64,000 nt of DNA from Octopus vulgaris (Eukaryota), in assembly GCA_951406725.2 (NCBI GenBank), contig OX597831.1:36580001-36644000 (forward strand), in the 5' to 3' direction. The notes beneath the pieces were generated by a model. The model had not been told where the DNA came from. It was given only the letters and a program-made list of their open reading frames with translations, and ran no database searches. Shown one piece after another: positions 51,269 to 64,000 of the stretch (its first letter is position 1; each line of letters starts with the position of its first letter). Both the position numbers and the translations under genes were made by a program.

Positions 51269-51277
<9 letters not shown>
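50930..51277 (-). mobile_element. (TA)n-flanked fold-back copy of the 25420 family
   Basis: Arms about 51014-51143 and 51148-51277 with a 4-nt loop (caca); the left arm matches 25420-25552. Confidence 0.85.
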
Positions 51278-51332
<55 letters not shown>

Positions 51333-51492
51333 CACGAAGAAAATGGAGGGAATCCAGAGGTAGCATTCATCAGCTGTTAGACATTATATTATGTCTATTT
51401 ATTTATTTATTGCAAACAGTTCTGATAATATATATATATACATGTTTAAAGTACTAGTAATTTATAGAATAGAAATTACTGGTACTTTACAC

Positions 51493-51530
<38 letters not shown>

Positions 51531-51556
51531 GCACACACACATATATATACATATAT

Positions 51557-51600
<44 letters not shown>

Positions 51601-51602
<2 letters not shown>

Positions 51603-52000
51603 CCTTAAATCCTTAAATCCTTAAAAATGTTTTAGCCCGGAGGCCGCGGCCATGCTGGGGCACCACCGCTGAATGAGCTACACTAATATGTGAATCCACC
51701 TCTGATACGTGGCACTTGATCAACAAGGGAGTTCGACACTGCTGCCCACATCTGTGTCTCCTGTCGTGAGGTAGGTTCATCTGGGACTCCCAACAAGAAG
51801 AGATCCAGTTTAGTTTTAAAGAAACCCACATCCACACCAAGTAAGTCTCTCAGGCATTTAGGGAGGATGTTAAAGAGCTGTGGTTCTCTGAAACCCAAGC
51901 TGTTGCAGTATCTGGACCTGAATTTTGATGGTGATGTTGGAATCTTTGGCACCATGCAGTGGCGCCCCATTCTGCGGTTGAGGTAACTTCTCTCTTTTAG
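51601..52000 (-). mobile_element. CR1-group LINE 3' end in (TA)n, (TTTAAGGA)n tail
   Basis: [37 protein letters not shown] matches the LFN.LP..LR....FK.KLD.FL ORF2 C-terminal motif. Confidence 0.75.
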
Positions 52001-52335
<335 letters not shown>

Positions 52336-52596
52336 TATTCTATCTATTATATACGTTTTTATTATTATTTTTTGCAATTTACTTAATCTTTGACATTTTA
52401 TTTTTATTTTAATTTTAATATATCTATTATATGTAATTTCCTAGATGGTGTAATTTAATTGTCCATTTTGAATTGATAAAAGGTGGGTTTTTTTCTAATT
52501 TTTTTATATATATATTATATTGTGTGAAATTTGATTTAGTATTTCTAAATTGAATTTTTTCCCAGTAAGTTTGGATTTTATTCCCTCAAATAATAA

Positions 52597-52647
<51 letters not shown>

Positions 52648-52990
52648 TACATTGTTTTCCATTGTTTGGGGTTTTGACTGCACTTTTTAGCATGTAAGTG
52701 GATCACTTAGTTTTCTTCTCACAGTGTATAAATTTTTATACATTCATATATATTATATAAAAATATTTATGTCTGCAGACTTTTCTTACGCATGCTAACC
52801 ACTGGTATAAATTATTATTTTAATAAATTGTTCCCCTTATTCTGTTGTGTCTGGGGAGAGTCATTTTCTTTTTGTACCTTATAATTTAATACACTCACCT
52901 GTAAAATTTCCAATCATTTCTTATTTTTATTTTCCTAAAATTTTCGTTGCATCTTGCAACTTTTTCAATAGTCTTGACTATTCCCTTTAT

Positions 52991-53047
<57 letters not shown>

Positions 53048-53285
53048 TGTATATATATGAGTGTATGTATGTGTGTGTCTGTGTGTGCCACTGTGTCAAA
53101 TGGGGGAGAGTCAAGAAGGAGTCTATGTCTTCTTATGACTATTTGGGTGCCTAAAACAATTAGTAAAAGCATGTTACAAAATTATCCACATTCATAGATG
53201 ACACCTTTCACTCTCCCTCTCTCTTGATAAACAGAAAGATAGATAGATAGATAGATAGATAGGTAGGTAGATAGATAGATACATA

Positions 53286-53506
53286 TATTTCTTTACTGCC
53301 CACAAGGGGCTAAACATAGAGGGGACAAGGACAGACGAAGGGATTGAGTCAATTATATCACCCCCAGTGCAAAATTGGTATTTTATTTATCGACCCCGAA
53401 AGGATGAAAGGCAAAGTTGACCTCGGTGGAATTTGAACTCAGAACGTAACAACAGACAAAATACCACTAAGCATTTAGCCCGGCGTGCTAATGTGTCTGC
53501 CAGCTC
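53286..53506 (-). mobile_element. SINE-B between (GATA)n tracts
   Basis: Match to consensus; agat repeats on both sides. Confidence 0.85.
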
Positions 53507-53539
53507 AGATAGATAAATAGATAGATAGATAGATAGATA

Positions 53540-54648
53540 AGTTTCTTTATTGGCCACACAGGGCTGCACACAGATGGGACAAGTTACAAGGTAGAGCTTT
53601 TCTTTTGGGGGATGAAGAGAACAAAAAACAAAAGAAAAAAAAAGGGGTGGCGTAGGTTTTCGATCAAGAGGGATCGTAAAAGGGAAGAAAAGAACAAAAA
53701 AAAAACAAAAAAAAATTGAATGAAATAAAAAGAATAGAAAGGAACAAAAGAAAAGAGAAATGAAAAAAGAAGAAAAAAAGGGGAAAAAAAAGGGGAAGAG
53801 GAAAAAAAGAACGATCAATAGGGATCATGTATCACAGTGTTATGATATATGGTGTAAAGGGGAAAGCAAGTAAGGTTTATCCGTGGGAAGAAAAGCCTAC
53901 GAAAAAGACCACGGTAACCTTGGTCAATATTGTTATATGTTACCACATTTGTTTGCAAGTGGGTAACCCTCTGTTTTCAATTTCTGGGTTCATAGGATTA
54001 TGCTCAAGGTGGCTTCGTCATTCATACGTGCCATCCTTGCTACATTCACCCATCTTTTTTTAAAACATTCGCTAGACAAAACTTCCCTCTCTACTCTCAC
54101 TTTCCTTTTCAAGTGGTACTTGAAGAAGTTCATGAGAGATTGACCAGAGAGGAAAGTGTTTGTCTCCAATCCTTTCAGACGCGTCCACCAGATACATTCT
54201 TTTGCCATAGCCACAAGGATGATGAGAATAGCTCTTCCTTCCCGTTTGAAGGAAGGAGTCGTGACAATATTGACGATAGACTCAGCTAATAAACCGACTC
54301 ATCCCACACGTGACAGCAGTCGTTCGACATAAGCCCACAGGTCGGAAATTGTTGGACACTGCACGAGTGCGTGCAGAACGGTTTCGTTGCTCTGACCGCA
54401 TCTCGGGCAGGTCGGCCCCGTGTTTCTCGAGCCGTGTCTGTAGAGCTTATCCCGAACTGGTAGCGCTTCTCGGTAGCACTGCCAGGCCAGGGATCTCTGG
54501 AAGTTGTCCATGGGCCCTGGCCCGAAAGTCGTCCTGAACAGGCGGGTCAGGTACTCCTCGTCGACGTCCAGGTTCGCCCCGAGCTCGTCGTCGTACCTCC
54601 CCTCCACTAATCCCCTATAGAATGCTTTGGTTGTGTTGAAGTCACTCA
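53540..54648 (-). mobile_element. 5'-truncated Tx1/L1-group LINE inserted in (GATA)n
   Basis: RSLAWQCYREALPVRDKL...CPRCGQSNETVLHALVQCP..LW (zf-RVT CCHC knuckle) and AKECIWWTR; one in-frame stop at 54299-301, terminal stop 53990-92; T-rich 3' UTR ending aataaagaaact; (agat)n on both flanks. Confidence 0.85.
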
Positions 54649-54735
<87 letters not shown>

Positions 54736-54895
54736 TAAAGAGCCAGCTATCACACACAAACCTGTATGACCTGCTAACATGTAACATATTTTCACTAATT
54801 GTTTTTGAAGCCTATGTAGTCATGAGCAGACATAGATTCTCTCATGATTTTCCCAGTGAGTGGCAGGTATAGGATATGACAGTGAGAGTGAGAGA

Positions 54896-54944
<49 letters not shown>

Positions 54945-55079
54945 TGAGAGCTGCAGCAAAACTCAGCAGATTTTAATTTCCAGCTAATGGCTTGGAGGAA
55001 TGTGAGTCAAACCCATGACATTATGAGTGTCAGTCAAACTTCTTGACCACAAGGATACAAAACTTTACATCAACATATA

Positions 55080-55385
55080 ATTTTGTTGCTGTTTGTTCCT
55101 TCTCAAGCCATGCCTGGCTCATAAGGGCCAGTTTCCCGGTTTCATTGGCATGTAGGTTCCCCACCTGGACGGGATGCCGGCCCATCGCAGTTGAGCAGCC
55201 AAATGTAGGAAGAAAGAGTGAGAGAAAGTGATGGTGAAAGACTCTGCAGAAGTCCACCATTACCTTCTGTTGGAGCCACATAGAGCTTAGGTGTTTTGCC
55301 CATAAATACCTGGTCTGAGATTCGAACCCACGGTCCCTTGACTGCAAGTTCACTGCTCTAACCACTAGGCCATGTACCTCCACAT
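55080..55385 (-). mobile_element. tRNA-derived SINE (36357 family)
   Basis: Minus-strand head ggaggtacatggcctagtggttagagc...ggttcgaatc. Confidence 0.75.
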
Positions 55386-55994
55386 CAACATATAATACTT
55401 ATAATAATTGTCATTGTATTATTATGGTAATTCTCTCTCAGCTCTGAACTTTTTACTCCATACAATTGTTATTTAAGCTGATTAAGCTAATTGTTCTCCC
55501 TAGAGACTCTTCATTGAATAAATCTTATATCCATGCCTAAATCTATGTATAAATTATTTGTACTATAATACTTATGTTTGTTGTCATGTTCGCTGAAACC
55601 AGCATTCAATAATTGCTTGAATTAATTAACCTCTTAGTGTTGTAGGTGTTAACACTGCAGATTATTCCATGGTTCAATTAAAATTTTGATTCAATGTGAT
55701 TCTAAACCTCCAACTTAAATAGCTGTCTAACAGCAGTTTTATTGTATATTAATAATATCATTATTGTTTGTATTGCTTCAAATGTAAATCTAATTATTTA
55801 AATTTTACTGATCATAAGATTTAGGATTCGATATTTACATAAAATTCTTTTTAAAGCAGCCTTCTAAAGTATTTCCATAAAATGAAATGATGTACACATT
55901 TTTTATTAAAAACTACCTTAAAACCAAATTAATATATTGGGTTGTATGGAAAGTTAGTACCAATAATTAAAGGAAAGAGAAAGGTCAATAAATA

Positions 55995-56227
55995 CTTGGG
56001 AGGACAAACACAGACACACAAACATACACACACACACACACACACATACACATATATACATATATATGACGGGCTTCTTTCAGTTTCCATCTTCCAAATC
56101 CACTCACAAGGCTTTGGTTGGCCTGAGGCTATAGTAGGAGACACTTGCCCATGGTGCCATGCAGTAGGACTGAATTGAGAACCATGTTGTTGATAAGCAA
56201 GCTACTTACCACACAGCCACTCCTGCT
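55995..56227 (-). mobile_element. SINE-A 5' half
   Basis: Match to consensus. Confidence 0.85.
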
Positions 56228-56479
56228 ATGTAACATATTTAAAATTATTAATGATACAAAGATTAATCATGATGTACTTTAAGTACAAGTAATATATTTA
56301 TAATTTCAGAAATTTTCCCCTTTTTTACTGTTGCATTAATTTATTAATTAAATCATCATCATCGTTTAACGTCCGCTTTCCATGCTAGCATGGGTTGGAT
56401 GGTTCAACTGGGGTCTGGGAAGCCCGAAGGCTGCACCAGTTAATAATTTGCTGAGCAACAATATGGAAGCATTAAATTA

Positions 56480-56990
56480 TAAAAGAAAAGACAAATTAAA
56501 ATAATAAACAAAAAGAGAACAAATAAGCACCATAAACAGATGAGGAAGAAGACAAAAGCAAGACAAGGGAAAAGATGAGGAAAAGATATAAAGAAGAAAA
56601 GAAAATAGATAAATACAAGAGGAAGAAGATGCAGACGATGAAAAATAGTATGGAGAGATGAAGAAAACGAGAGGTAGAAAGTTAAAGTAGAAAGATAAAG
56701 AAGATGAGAAACAAAAAGAAAAAGAGAGACAAAGATGAGAAAAAATACAAGAATAATCAAAACAAGTTAAAGATAAAGATGTAGACAATAATGAAGATGA
56801 GTATAATGAAGAAAAGGAGGAAAAGAATCAGAAGAGGAGAAATGTAAAGAGAATAGAAAGAAAGAGAATAGAAGAAGAAGGTAAAAGAAAAGGGAAAAGA
56901 AAAATATAGAGAAGAAGGAAAGTGCAGAAAGTAAAAGGTTTGAAAGAAAAAAAAGAAAGGGAAAAGAAGAAAGAGAATTTGAAGAAATTG
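56480..56990. repeat. Purine-rich (GA/AAG) low-complexity tract
   Basis: About 500 bp strongly A/G-skewed. Confidence 0.8.
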
Positions 56991-58974
56991 AATACTTTAT
57001 ATTTCTGTAGGTGGTTGCTTAAGAAGTGAAGTAATAAAATCTGTTTCTTCTTTGGGATATTGTAGCTTTGCTTGAATTCCAAGTAGTTGAATTGCAGGTT
57101 TGCGATCAACATGTTGGTGGATTGATATGGTGAATAGCTTAATTAAACATTACACTCTACACCGAGAAGAAAAGATATGGAAGAGAAGAATCAGAAGTGT
57201 CAAATGAATGAGCAGGCGGATGTTAGAAGAGACCTTTGTTAACAGAATATAACTTAAAGAGAATTCTTATATAAATGAAGATTGTAGTGATCTACAAAAG
57301 TGTGATGGACAGAGCTTCTCTGGGGAGCAGAGTACTTCTTGGTGAGAATTGTGTTGATAAGATGATTCACAACAAATGTACACAAACAAGCAGGGAAGTA
57401 AAGTACATTTCAGAATGCAGAAATGACTACTGGGGAAGTATTTGCTGAAAAATGTTTACATAGACCAAATTTATCTTGGATGATATGAAGATTTATGGTA
57501 AGTAGTAGGGAAACTTGACATTTGCCAGAGGCTGGCCATTTTCAGGTAACTAATTTAATCTGATATGAAGAATTTGTGTAGCAAGATAAAGATCATGGGA
57601 ATAAAAAAAAAAAAATAAATAAATAAATAAATAAATAAATAAAGATAGTACTGATCGAGAGAACAACCAGAAAAATACAAATGATCAAAGTTATGGAATA
57701 AAATCTTATCAATAAGTGTAATTCCCTTATAGCAGATATCAGATTCTAATAAGATATATCTTCAAAGGTTACACACATCAAGTGATCTTACAAAAAGATG
57801 GAAGCATAATTCAAGACAGACTCTACATATTATGGAGAACAACATATATCAAATAGAAAAGAAATATATTTATCCAAAGAATGCGAATGCATGTTAAAGA
57901 AGTTCTAATGAAACTTCTAAACAGCTTTTGTTGAGGTATTACAGAAATTGATGTATTGTAAAGGAAAGTAGCCAATATTTCAAGTGTGTTTGTGTATATA
58001 TGTGAAGTATATATAATCAGATATGTTCATATATATATACAAACTGATAAAAGTAGATACTAGGTTATTGCTTTACACAGGTCTCTGTGTCTTTTGAACA
58101 TGGCCTCTACTTGCATTCATGTACTTAGAGAAAGCTCTCAAAAAAAAAAAAAACTGATGCGCTACTTGTAAAAGCTTACCACTTCTTACTTGTTTGAGTG
58201 TGAAATAGAAAGTGTGAGAGAAAGAGGAAAAGGAAGTGGAACGAACTAGAAAGTGAAGAAGAGAAAGAGAAAGATTTTGGGGGAAAAGGTGAGCAGTTGA
58301 GAGAAAGAGAGATGTAGTGGTGCTGGTGTGAGAAAGAGAGAGAAAGAGAAACTTAGTGGGTGAGTGAAAGAGGGCAGTGGGTGAATGTACAACTGACAGA
58401 TGTTTATGTATAATAGAGAAAGACAAGAATAATGAAGAGGAAGCAGAACTCCACGAGTGTAATAAAATAATAGGAAGCAATCCTAAATACTGTAAAACCT
58501 TAAACCAAAAGACCTAATTGATCAACTTTGACTGGACTGATACAGGAACCATCTTTGACCCCCTGCAGTATATAAGACACAATACATCTCTCAGCTGTAA
58601 ATCAAAGTACTTCCTGCATTCTATATTCTTGAGGATAAGTCAGTAAATAAAACAGGCAATCCAGAACATGAGAAGTCTAGGCTTTGGTCTGTGTCAGCAA
58701 AAGTAAAATTAGAAATAGGCAATATCATGAGAGGTTAAAAAAAAAAGAAAAAAGAAGTCACACAGCTAGTGTATTGTGCTATTAGTTGTAAAGAAATAGG
58801 TCTTAACATTTCACGTAGGAAGCCCTTTGTCAAGATCTTTATCATTTTTCATCTTTATGAGAATAGTTGAAAGATTTAGAGAAAAGGTTAGTTTGTGTAT
58901 GCTACTGTGTGAGTCCGAAATATTGAAGCTCATTTCTTTTCCTCGTGAAATAATATATTAACCTTATCACTGGT

Positions 58975-59323
58975 CGATGTCAATGCTCCTGATTGGCACC
59001 CATTGCTGGTGGCATGTTATAAGCACCATTTGAGCGTGGATTGATGCCAAATGCCACCTGACTGGTTCCTCGTGGTGATGGCACATAAAAAGCACCATCC
59101 GAATGTGATTGATGCCAGTGCCACCTGACAGGCTCCAGTGTCAGTGGCACGTAAAAAGCACCCACTACACTCTCAGAGTGGTTGGTGTTAGGAAGGGCAT
59201 CCAGCTGTAGAAACCTTGCCAGATCAGATTGGAGCCTAGTGCAACCTACTGGCTTGCCAGTCCTCAGTCAAATCCTCCAACCCATGCCAGCATGGAAAAT
59301 GGACGTTAGAAGATGATGATGAT
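58975..59323 (+). mobile_element. Family C RTE 3' end
   Basis: Family C body plus (GAT)n. Confidence 0.75.
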
Positions 59324-60134
59324 AGTTGCATCTTTTAAATCAAAACATTGCCTATTTTAGCAAATAAAATAGATTATAGATGAGATATCTTGTAAAAAAA
59401 GAGCAACCAAATTTCCCTCGACTCAAGTTCCAGCTGATTAAATGACACATTAGTGTCAAACCTTAAAAAGAGAAAGAAAGAAAGAAAGATATACAAAAAA
59501 ACGGGATGGTCATGGCTGGAATGACTTTAATCTTATGGTTGACCTGAGATTAAAGTAACACCTTAGTGAGGAAGAGAGAATGGCATATACAAAAAAAAAA
59601 TGGGATTATCATAGCAGACTATAGACATGCCACATAAAACACTGTTTTATTCAAGGAAATGTTTACAACAGAAGATAAGTCATTTTCTACGTCATTCAAT
59701 ATTATGTTGCTTCATGACATTTCCGATAACAATTTATTATGTGAGTACAAAATCTTGTGTTTATTAGAAAAGTAAAATGGAGTGTTATGACAATTATACC
59801 ACTCTGTCATATATTTTGGTACAGGCGTGTTTATGTGGTTAAAAAAAACTGCTTTTGCAACTGCAAGCATTCAGGTTCAATTTCACACAGTGACACTTGG
59901 TGTGTCTTCTCACAAAGCCTTATGAGTGACACTTGATAGTCAGGAAATGTGAGATAGTCTACCAGAGAGATCTTATCTGTTCTTGCATGGAAGGCTTAAC
60001 CCATTACTAGGTTCAACGACACTGCCACCACATCGTCCTCATGTCCCTTTAGCAAAGTTCACTTTGTTGCAATCATTATGGACAGCTCATCGGACTAAGG
60101 ATCCTCATTAATCACGGAGGCCTTGAAGAGTGAC

Positions 60135-61320
60135 TGAAAAAAAGAAAGGACTCATCCAAAGTGTTGCTGAATAGTTCTTGCTTCAGGTAAAAGAAAACAC
60201 AGATAGAAGATCATTTAATTACGATTTTATTCAACATATTCCCTTCTCAGCTTCACACACTGATTGTAGCAGTCCTTCGGTTTTTCTGACCCCTGTAAAA
60301 GAACTCTGAAGGTTGGACCTGCAACCAGACCTTTCATGATACCCTTAAAGCTAGGAACTTTTCAGCACCCTCTAGTAATTGTGAGAGAGAAAAAGATGAC
60401 AGTACAGGCTGAGGAACTCCATTAGCCATGGAGATCTTAAAGAGTAACAGAAAAAAGAAAGCAACTTGCCCAAGAGGGGGCTGAAAAGTTCCTGCTTCAG
60501 GTAAAAGAAAATGCAAGCAGATCAGTTAATTACAATTTTATTCAACATATTCTCCTCTAAGCTTCACACACTTATTGTAGCAGTCCTTCAGTTTTTCTAA
60601 GCCCTGTAAAAAAAACTCTGAAGGTTGGACCTGCAACCAGACCTTTCACAATACCCTTAAAGCTAGGAACTTTTCAGCACCCTCTAGTAATTGTGAGAGA
60701 AAAAAAGAAGACAGTACAGGCTGAGGAACCCCATTAGCCAAGGAGATCTTAAAGAGTAACAGAAAAAAAAAGCAACTTGTCCAAGAAGGGGCTGGAAATT
60801 TCCTGCTTCAGGTAAAAGAAAATGCAAGCAGATCAGTTAATTACAATTTTATTCAACATATTCTCCTCTCAGCTTCACACACTTATTGTAGCATTCCTTC
60901 AGTTTTTCTAAGCCCTGTAAAAAAAAACTCTGAAGGTTGGACCTGCAACCAGACCCTTCATAATACCCTTAAAGCTAGGAACTTTTCAGCATCCTCTCGT
61001 AGGTGTGAGAGAAAGAAAGAAGACAGTACAGGCTGAGGAACCCCATTAGCCATGGAGATCTTAAAGAGTAACAGAAAAAAGAAAGGACTTGTCCAAGGGG
61101 GTGCTGAAAATTCCTGCTTTGGGTAAAAGAAAATACTGGAGGATCAGTTTATTACAATTTTATTCAACATATTCCTCTCACAGATTCACACACTTATTGT
61201 AGTTTTCTAAGCCCAGTAAAAGAACTCAGAAGGTTGGGCCTTCGACCAGACCTTTCACAATACCCTGAAAGCCAGGAACTTTTCAGCACCCCCTCATAGT
61301 TGTGAGAGAAAGAAAGAAAA
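60135..61320. repeat. Tandem array of about 312-bp units (about 4), each a mariner-type MITE plus about 90-bp flank
   Basis: TIR ..gctgaaaagttcctgctt / aaagctaggaacttttcagcaccc; unit anchors at 60167, 60481, 60792, 61104. Confidence 0.9.
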
Positions 61321-61773
61321 CATTACGACAGTGAGCTAGAGATTACAGTATCTCTCTTGCCTTTGGGCGTGGTATCTCCTTTATTTGTCTATTCTATCAC
61401 ATGTACAGCAGTCTTTAATACACATAGCCAGCAGTGTACAATTTCCATGCACATCTACCCAACACACCTTCCTCTCAATCTCATATTGTACCGACTATGT
61501 TCCACTCCTCCCAACAGCCACCATCATGTTCTATCAACTTACCAGAATTCCTTTCCAATCCCAGATTTTCCTGCTTATGTCAACTTACAGATGTTTGAAT
61601 TGAATGCCAAATATATCAATCTCACAAGTGACAAATACCTGTGAAAGTGTTAGGCATTGTCCCTATCACCTATCTACAAAAACCATAATCATTTAAGCAC
61701 TGAGCAAGTGCGGCAACTTAAAGTGTTGCTAACATAATATTCGTCTGAAGGGAGAATGATTCATACTCTGTTA

Positions 61774-62412
61774 AGGTGGTGAGCTGACAGAATCATTAGC
61801 AGGCTGGGTGAAATGCTTAGTGTTATTTCGTCTGTCTTTACGTTCTGAGTTCAAATTGCGCAAAGGTCGACTTTGCCTTTCATCTTTTTGGAGTAGATAA
61901 ATTAAGTACTAGTTGTATACTGGAATTGATCTAATCGACTGGCCCCCTCCACAAAAATTTCAGGCCTTGTGCCTAGAGTAGAAAAGAATATTTTTCTTAT
62001 ACAAAGGCAGCGAGCTGGTAGAATCATTAGCACTTTGGGAGAAATGCTTAGTAGTATTTCGTCTGTCTTTACATTCTGAGTTCAAATTCCATTGAGATCG
62101 ACTTTCCTTTCATCCTTTTGAGGTAGACAAATTAAGTCCCAGTTGTGTACTGGGGTCAATCTAATAGACTGGCTCCCTCCCACAAAATTTCAGACTTTGT
62201 GCCCAGAGTAGAAGAGATTATAGTAAGGTGGCAAGCTGGTAGAAATGTTAGCACGCTGGGTGAAATGCTTAGCAGCATTTAGTCTGTCTTTACATTCTGA
62301 GTTTCAAATTCCACCGAGGTCTACTTTCCTTTCATCCTTTTGGGATAGGTAAATTAAGTACCAGTTGTATACTGGAGTCGATCTAATTGACTGGCTCCCT
62401 CCACCAAAAATT
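61774..62412 (+). mobile_element. Three head-to-tail SINE-B copies (alternative tail)
   Basis: Heads at about 61775, 62005, 62226; tail ctggccccctcc..aaaatttcaggccttgtgcctagagtagaa. Confidence 0.85.
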
Positions 62413-63164
62413 TGATTAATTCTCATAGTAAGGAAAATCAAAATGCTATGCCTGCTGTAGTTCAACACTATAAGCAGTTGGAGCATTGTATAACTGATGA
62501 GTGCTTTGACAGGTTCCAAGGCTTTTGAAAAGAGGTTTCTTCCAGCCAAACTGAATAACATGATGACAAAGACATCAAGTAGGGCCACTGTGGCTCAATA
62601 TTAATAGATGTATCATAGCTATATGTGATGCTGGGACATTCATGCCTATCTTATTTAGCAATGAGTAAAAACCCAAAATGCCTTACAACACAGTCATAAA
62701 GAGAATAAGTCTGGTTTTATTAACGTACATTGATTTTGTGCAAAACCCAAATAGAAGAGAATTGCTAACTTTGCGGTTAACTTATGTAGAGACTAATAAA
62801 TATATCTGATCAATCATTAAAAAAAAAGGTAGAAAAAAGGTAGAAAAAAGAATAAAACAAAACTCACTAGCTATTGATTTTTGTAGTAGTTTCATAACGA
62901 ATAATAAATATTAATAAATATCGTTAGATAATCATATTAAATGATCAGTGATTCTGCAAAATATTTCTTTGACAGTGTGTATGAGTAAATAAATGTTTTA
63001 TAGAAACCTATTATAAAATATTTCCTCTCCTTATCACACAATATGATTAATATATTTTTTCCAGAGTCCTTAGATTTTTCTCAGAAGTGATGACAAATGT
63101 AATTGCTGTCTCTCTGGAGGATAAACTTTATGATATTCATTTATAAATTTTCTGTAAATAATTT

Positions 63165-63546
63165 AAACTGGCTTCCGTAGTGGTTGCATGTAAAAAGCAC
63201 CATTCGAGCATGATCATTACCAGCATCATCTTACTGGCACTTGTGCCGGTGGCATGTGAAAAAACATTCGAGCGAGGTCGTTGCCAGTGTTGCTGAACTG
63301 GCTCCTGTGCAGGTGGCATGTAAAAAACACCATTTGAGCATAGCCGTTGCCAGTACTGCCTGACTGGCCCTCGTGCCGGTGGCACGTAAAAGCACCCACT
63401 ACACTCTTGGAGTGGTTGGCGTTAGGAAGGGCATCCAGCTGTAGAAATTCTGCCAGATCGAGATTGGAGCCTAATGCAGCCATCTGGTTCGCCAGTCCTC
63501 AGTCAAATCGTCCAACCCATGCAAGCATGGAAAGCAGACGTTAAAC

Positions 63547-63577
<31 letters not shown>
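63165..63577 (+). mobile_element. Family C RTE 3' end
   Basis: Family C body plus (GAT)n. Confidence 0.8.
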
Positions 63578-63579
<2 letters not shown>

Positions 63580-64000
63580 GGACAATGCCCACAACCATTT
63601 CACACTTTCTGAAGAATGGTGAGATTGTTGCAGTTGAAAGTTAAATTTCAACATCATTGGTTCAATATCTGCTGACAAAAAAGAGCACACAGTAAAAACA
63701 AGGGCAAAGAGGGAATTCCAAAAGGCTGCAGATCATATGAGAGAAAATGTTCAGCATAGCACGGGCTGTAAGATGATGTACAGGCAGGGCTGGCTGAAGG
63801 CACTGGCAACTCAGGCAGTTACCCAGGGCACCATGTGCTAGGGGTTACCAAGGAGGGTGTGATAAAGACAAGGAAATTTTCAGGACCGTCAGCTTGTACA
63901 TGCCAAAGTTCAGCTTGCATGGGACACCAGCAACCCTAGGGTGCAAGAGAATAGACAGGAGAGTTTGGGGGGAAAATAGAAGAGATAGGGGGATTTTTGT

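Noticed and set aside
56440-57140. Hydrophobic minus-strand ORFs resembling membrane proteins
   Set aside because: Result of the purine-rich low-complexity tract; the adjacent 57000-57140 frames are ambiguous.

Overview
AT-rich, microsatellite-saturated eukaryotic DNA whose repeat families look like those of Octopus (coleoid cephalopod). The taxon is inferred from SINE/LINE style and was not checked against a database. There is no complete protein-coding gene, rRNA, true tRNA or CRISPR array; almost all listed ORFs are microsatellite or SINE artefacts. The window holds several tRNA-derived SINE families, truncated non-LTR retrotransposons (RTE, Tx1, Dong/R4, CR1-group, Penelope), mariner, Tigger-like and piggyBac-like MITEs, a Helitron and Helentron-like elements, tandem arrays, and a few candidate exons of unidentified genes. 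The most notable signal is a set of several unrelated, short non-coding elements, mostly flanked by (TA)n, that carry minimal type I hammerhead ribozyme motifs and fold-back inverted 5' ends, resembling Penelope-like pseudo-LTRs. In two families the fold-back junction of a second copy falls at the predicted self-cleavage site. Two SINE-partner LINE pairs are also visible from shared 3' tails (SINE-A with a CR1-group LINE, SINE-B with a (GATA)n-embedded Tx1). Repeat boundaries are approximate unless target-site duplications are quoted.
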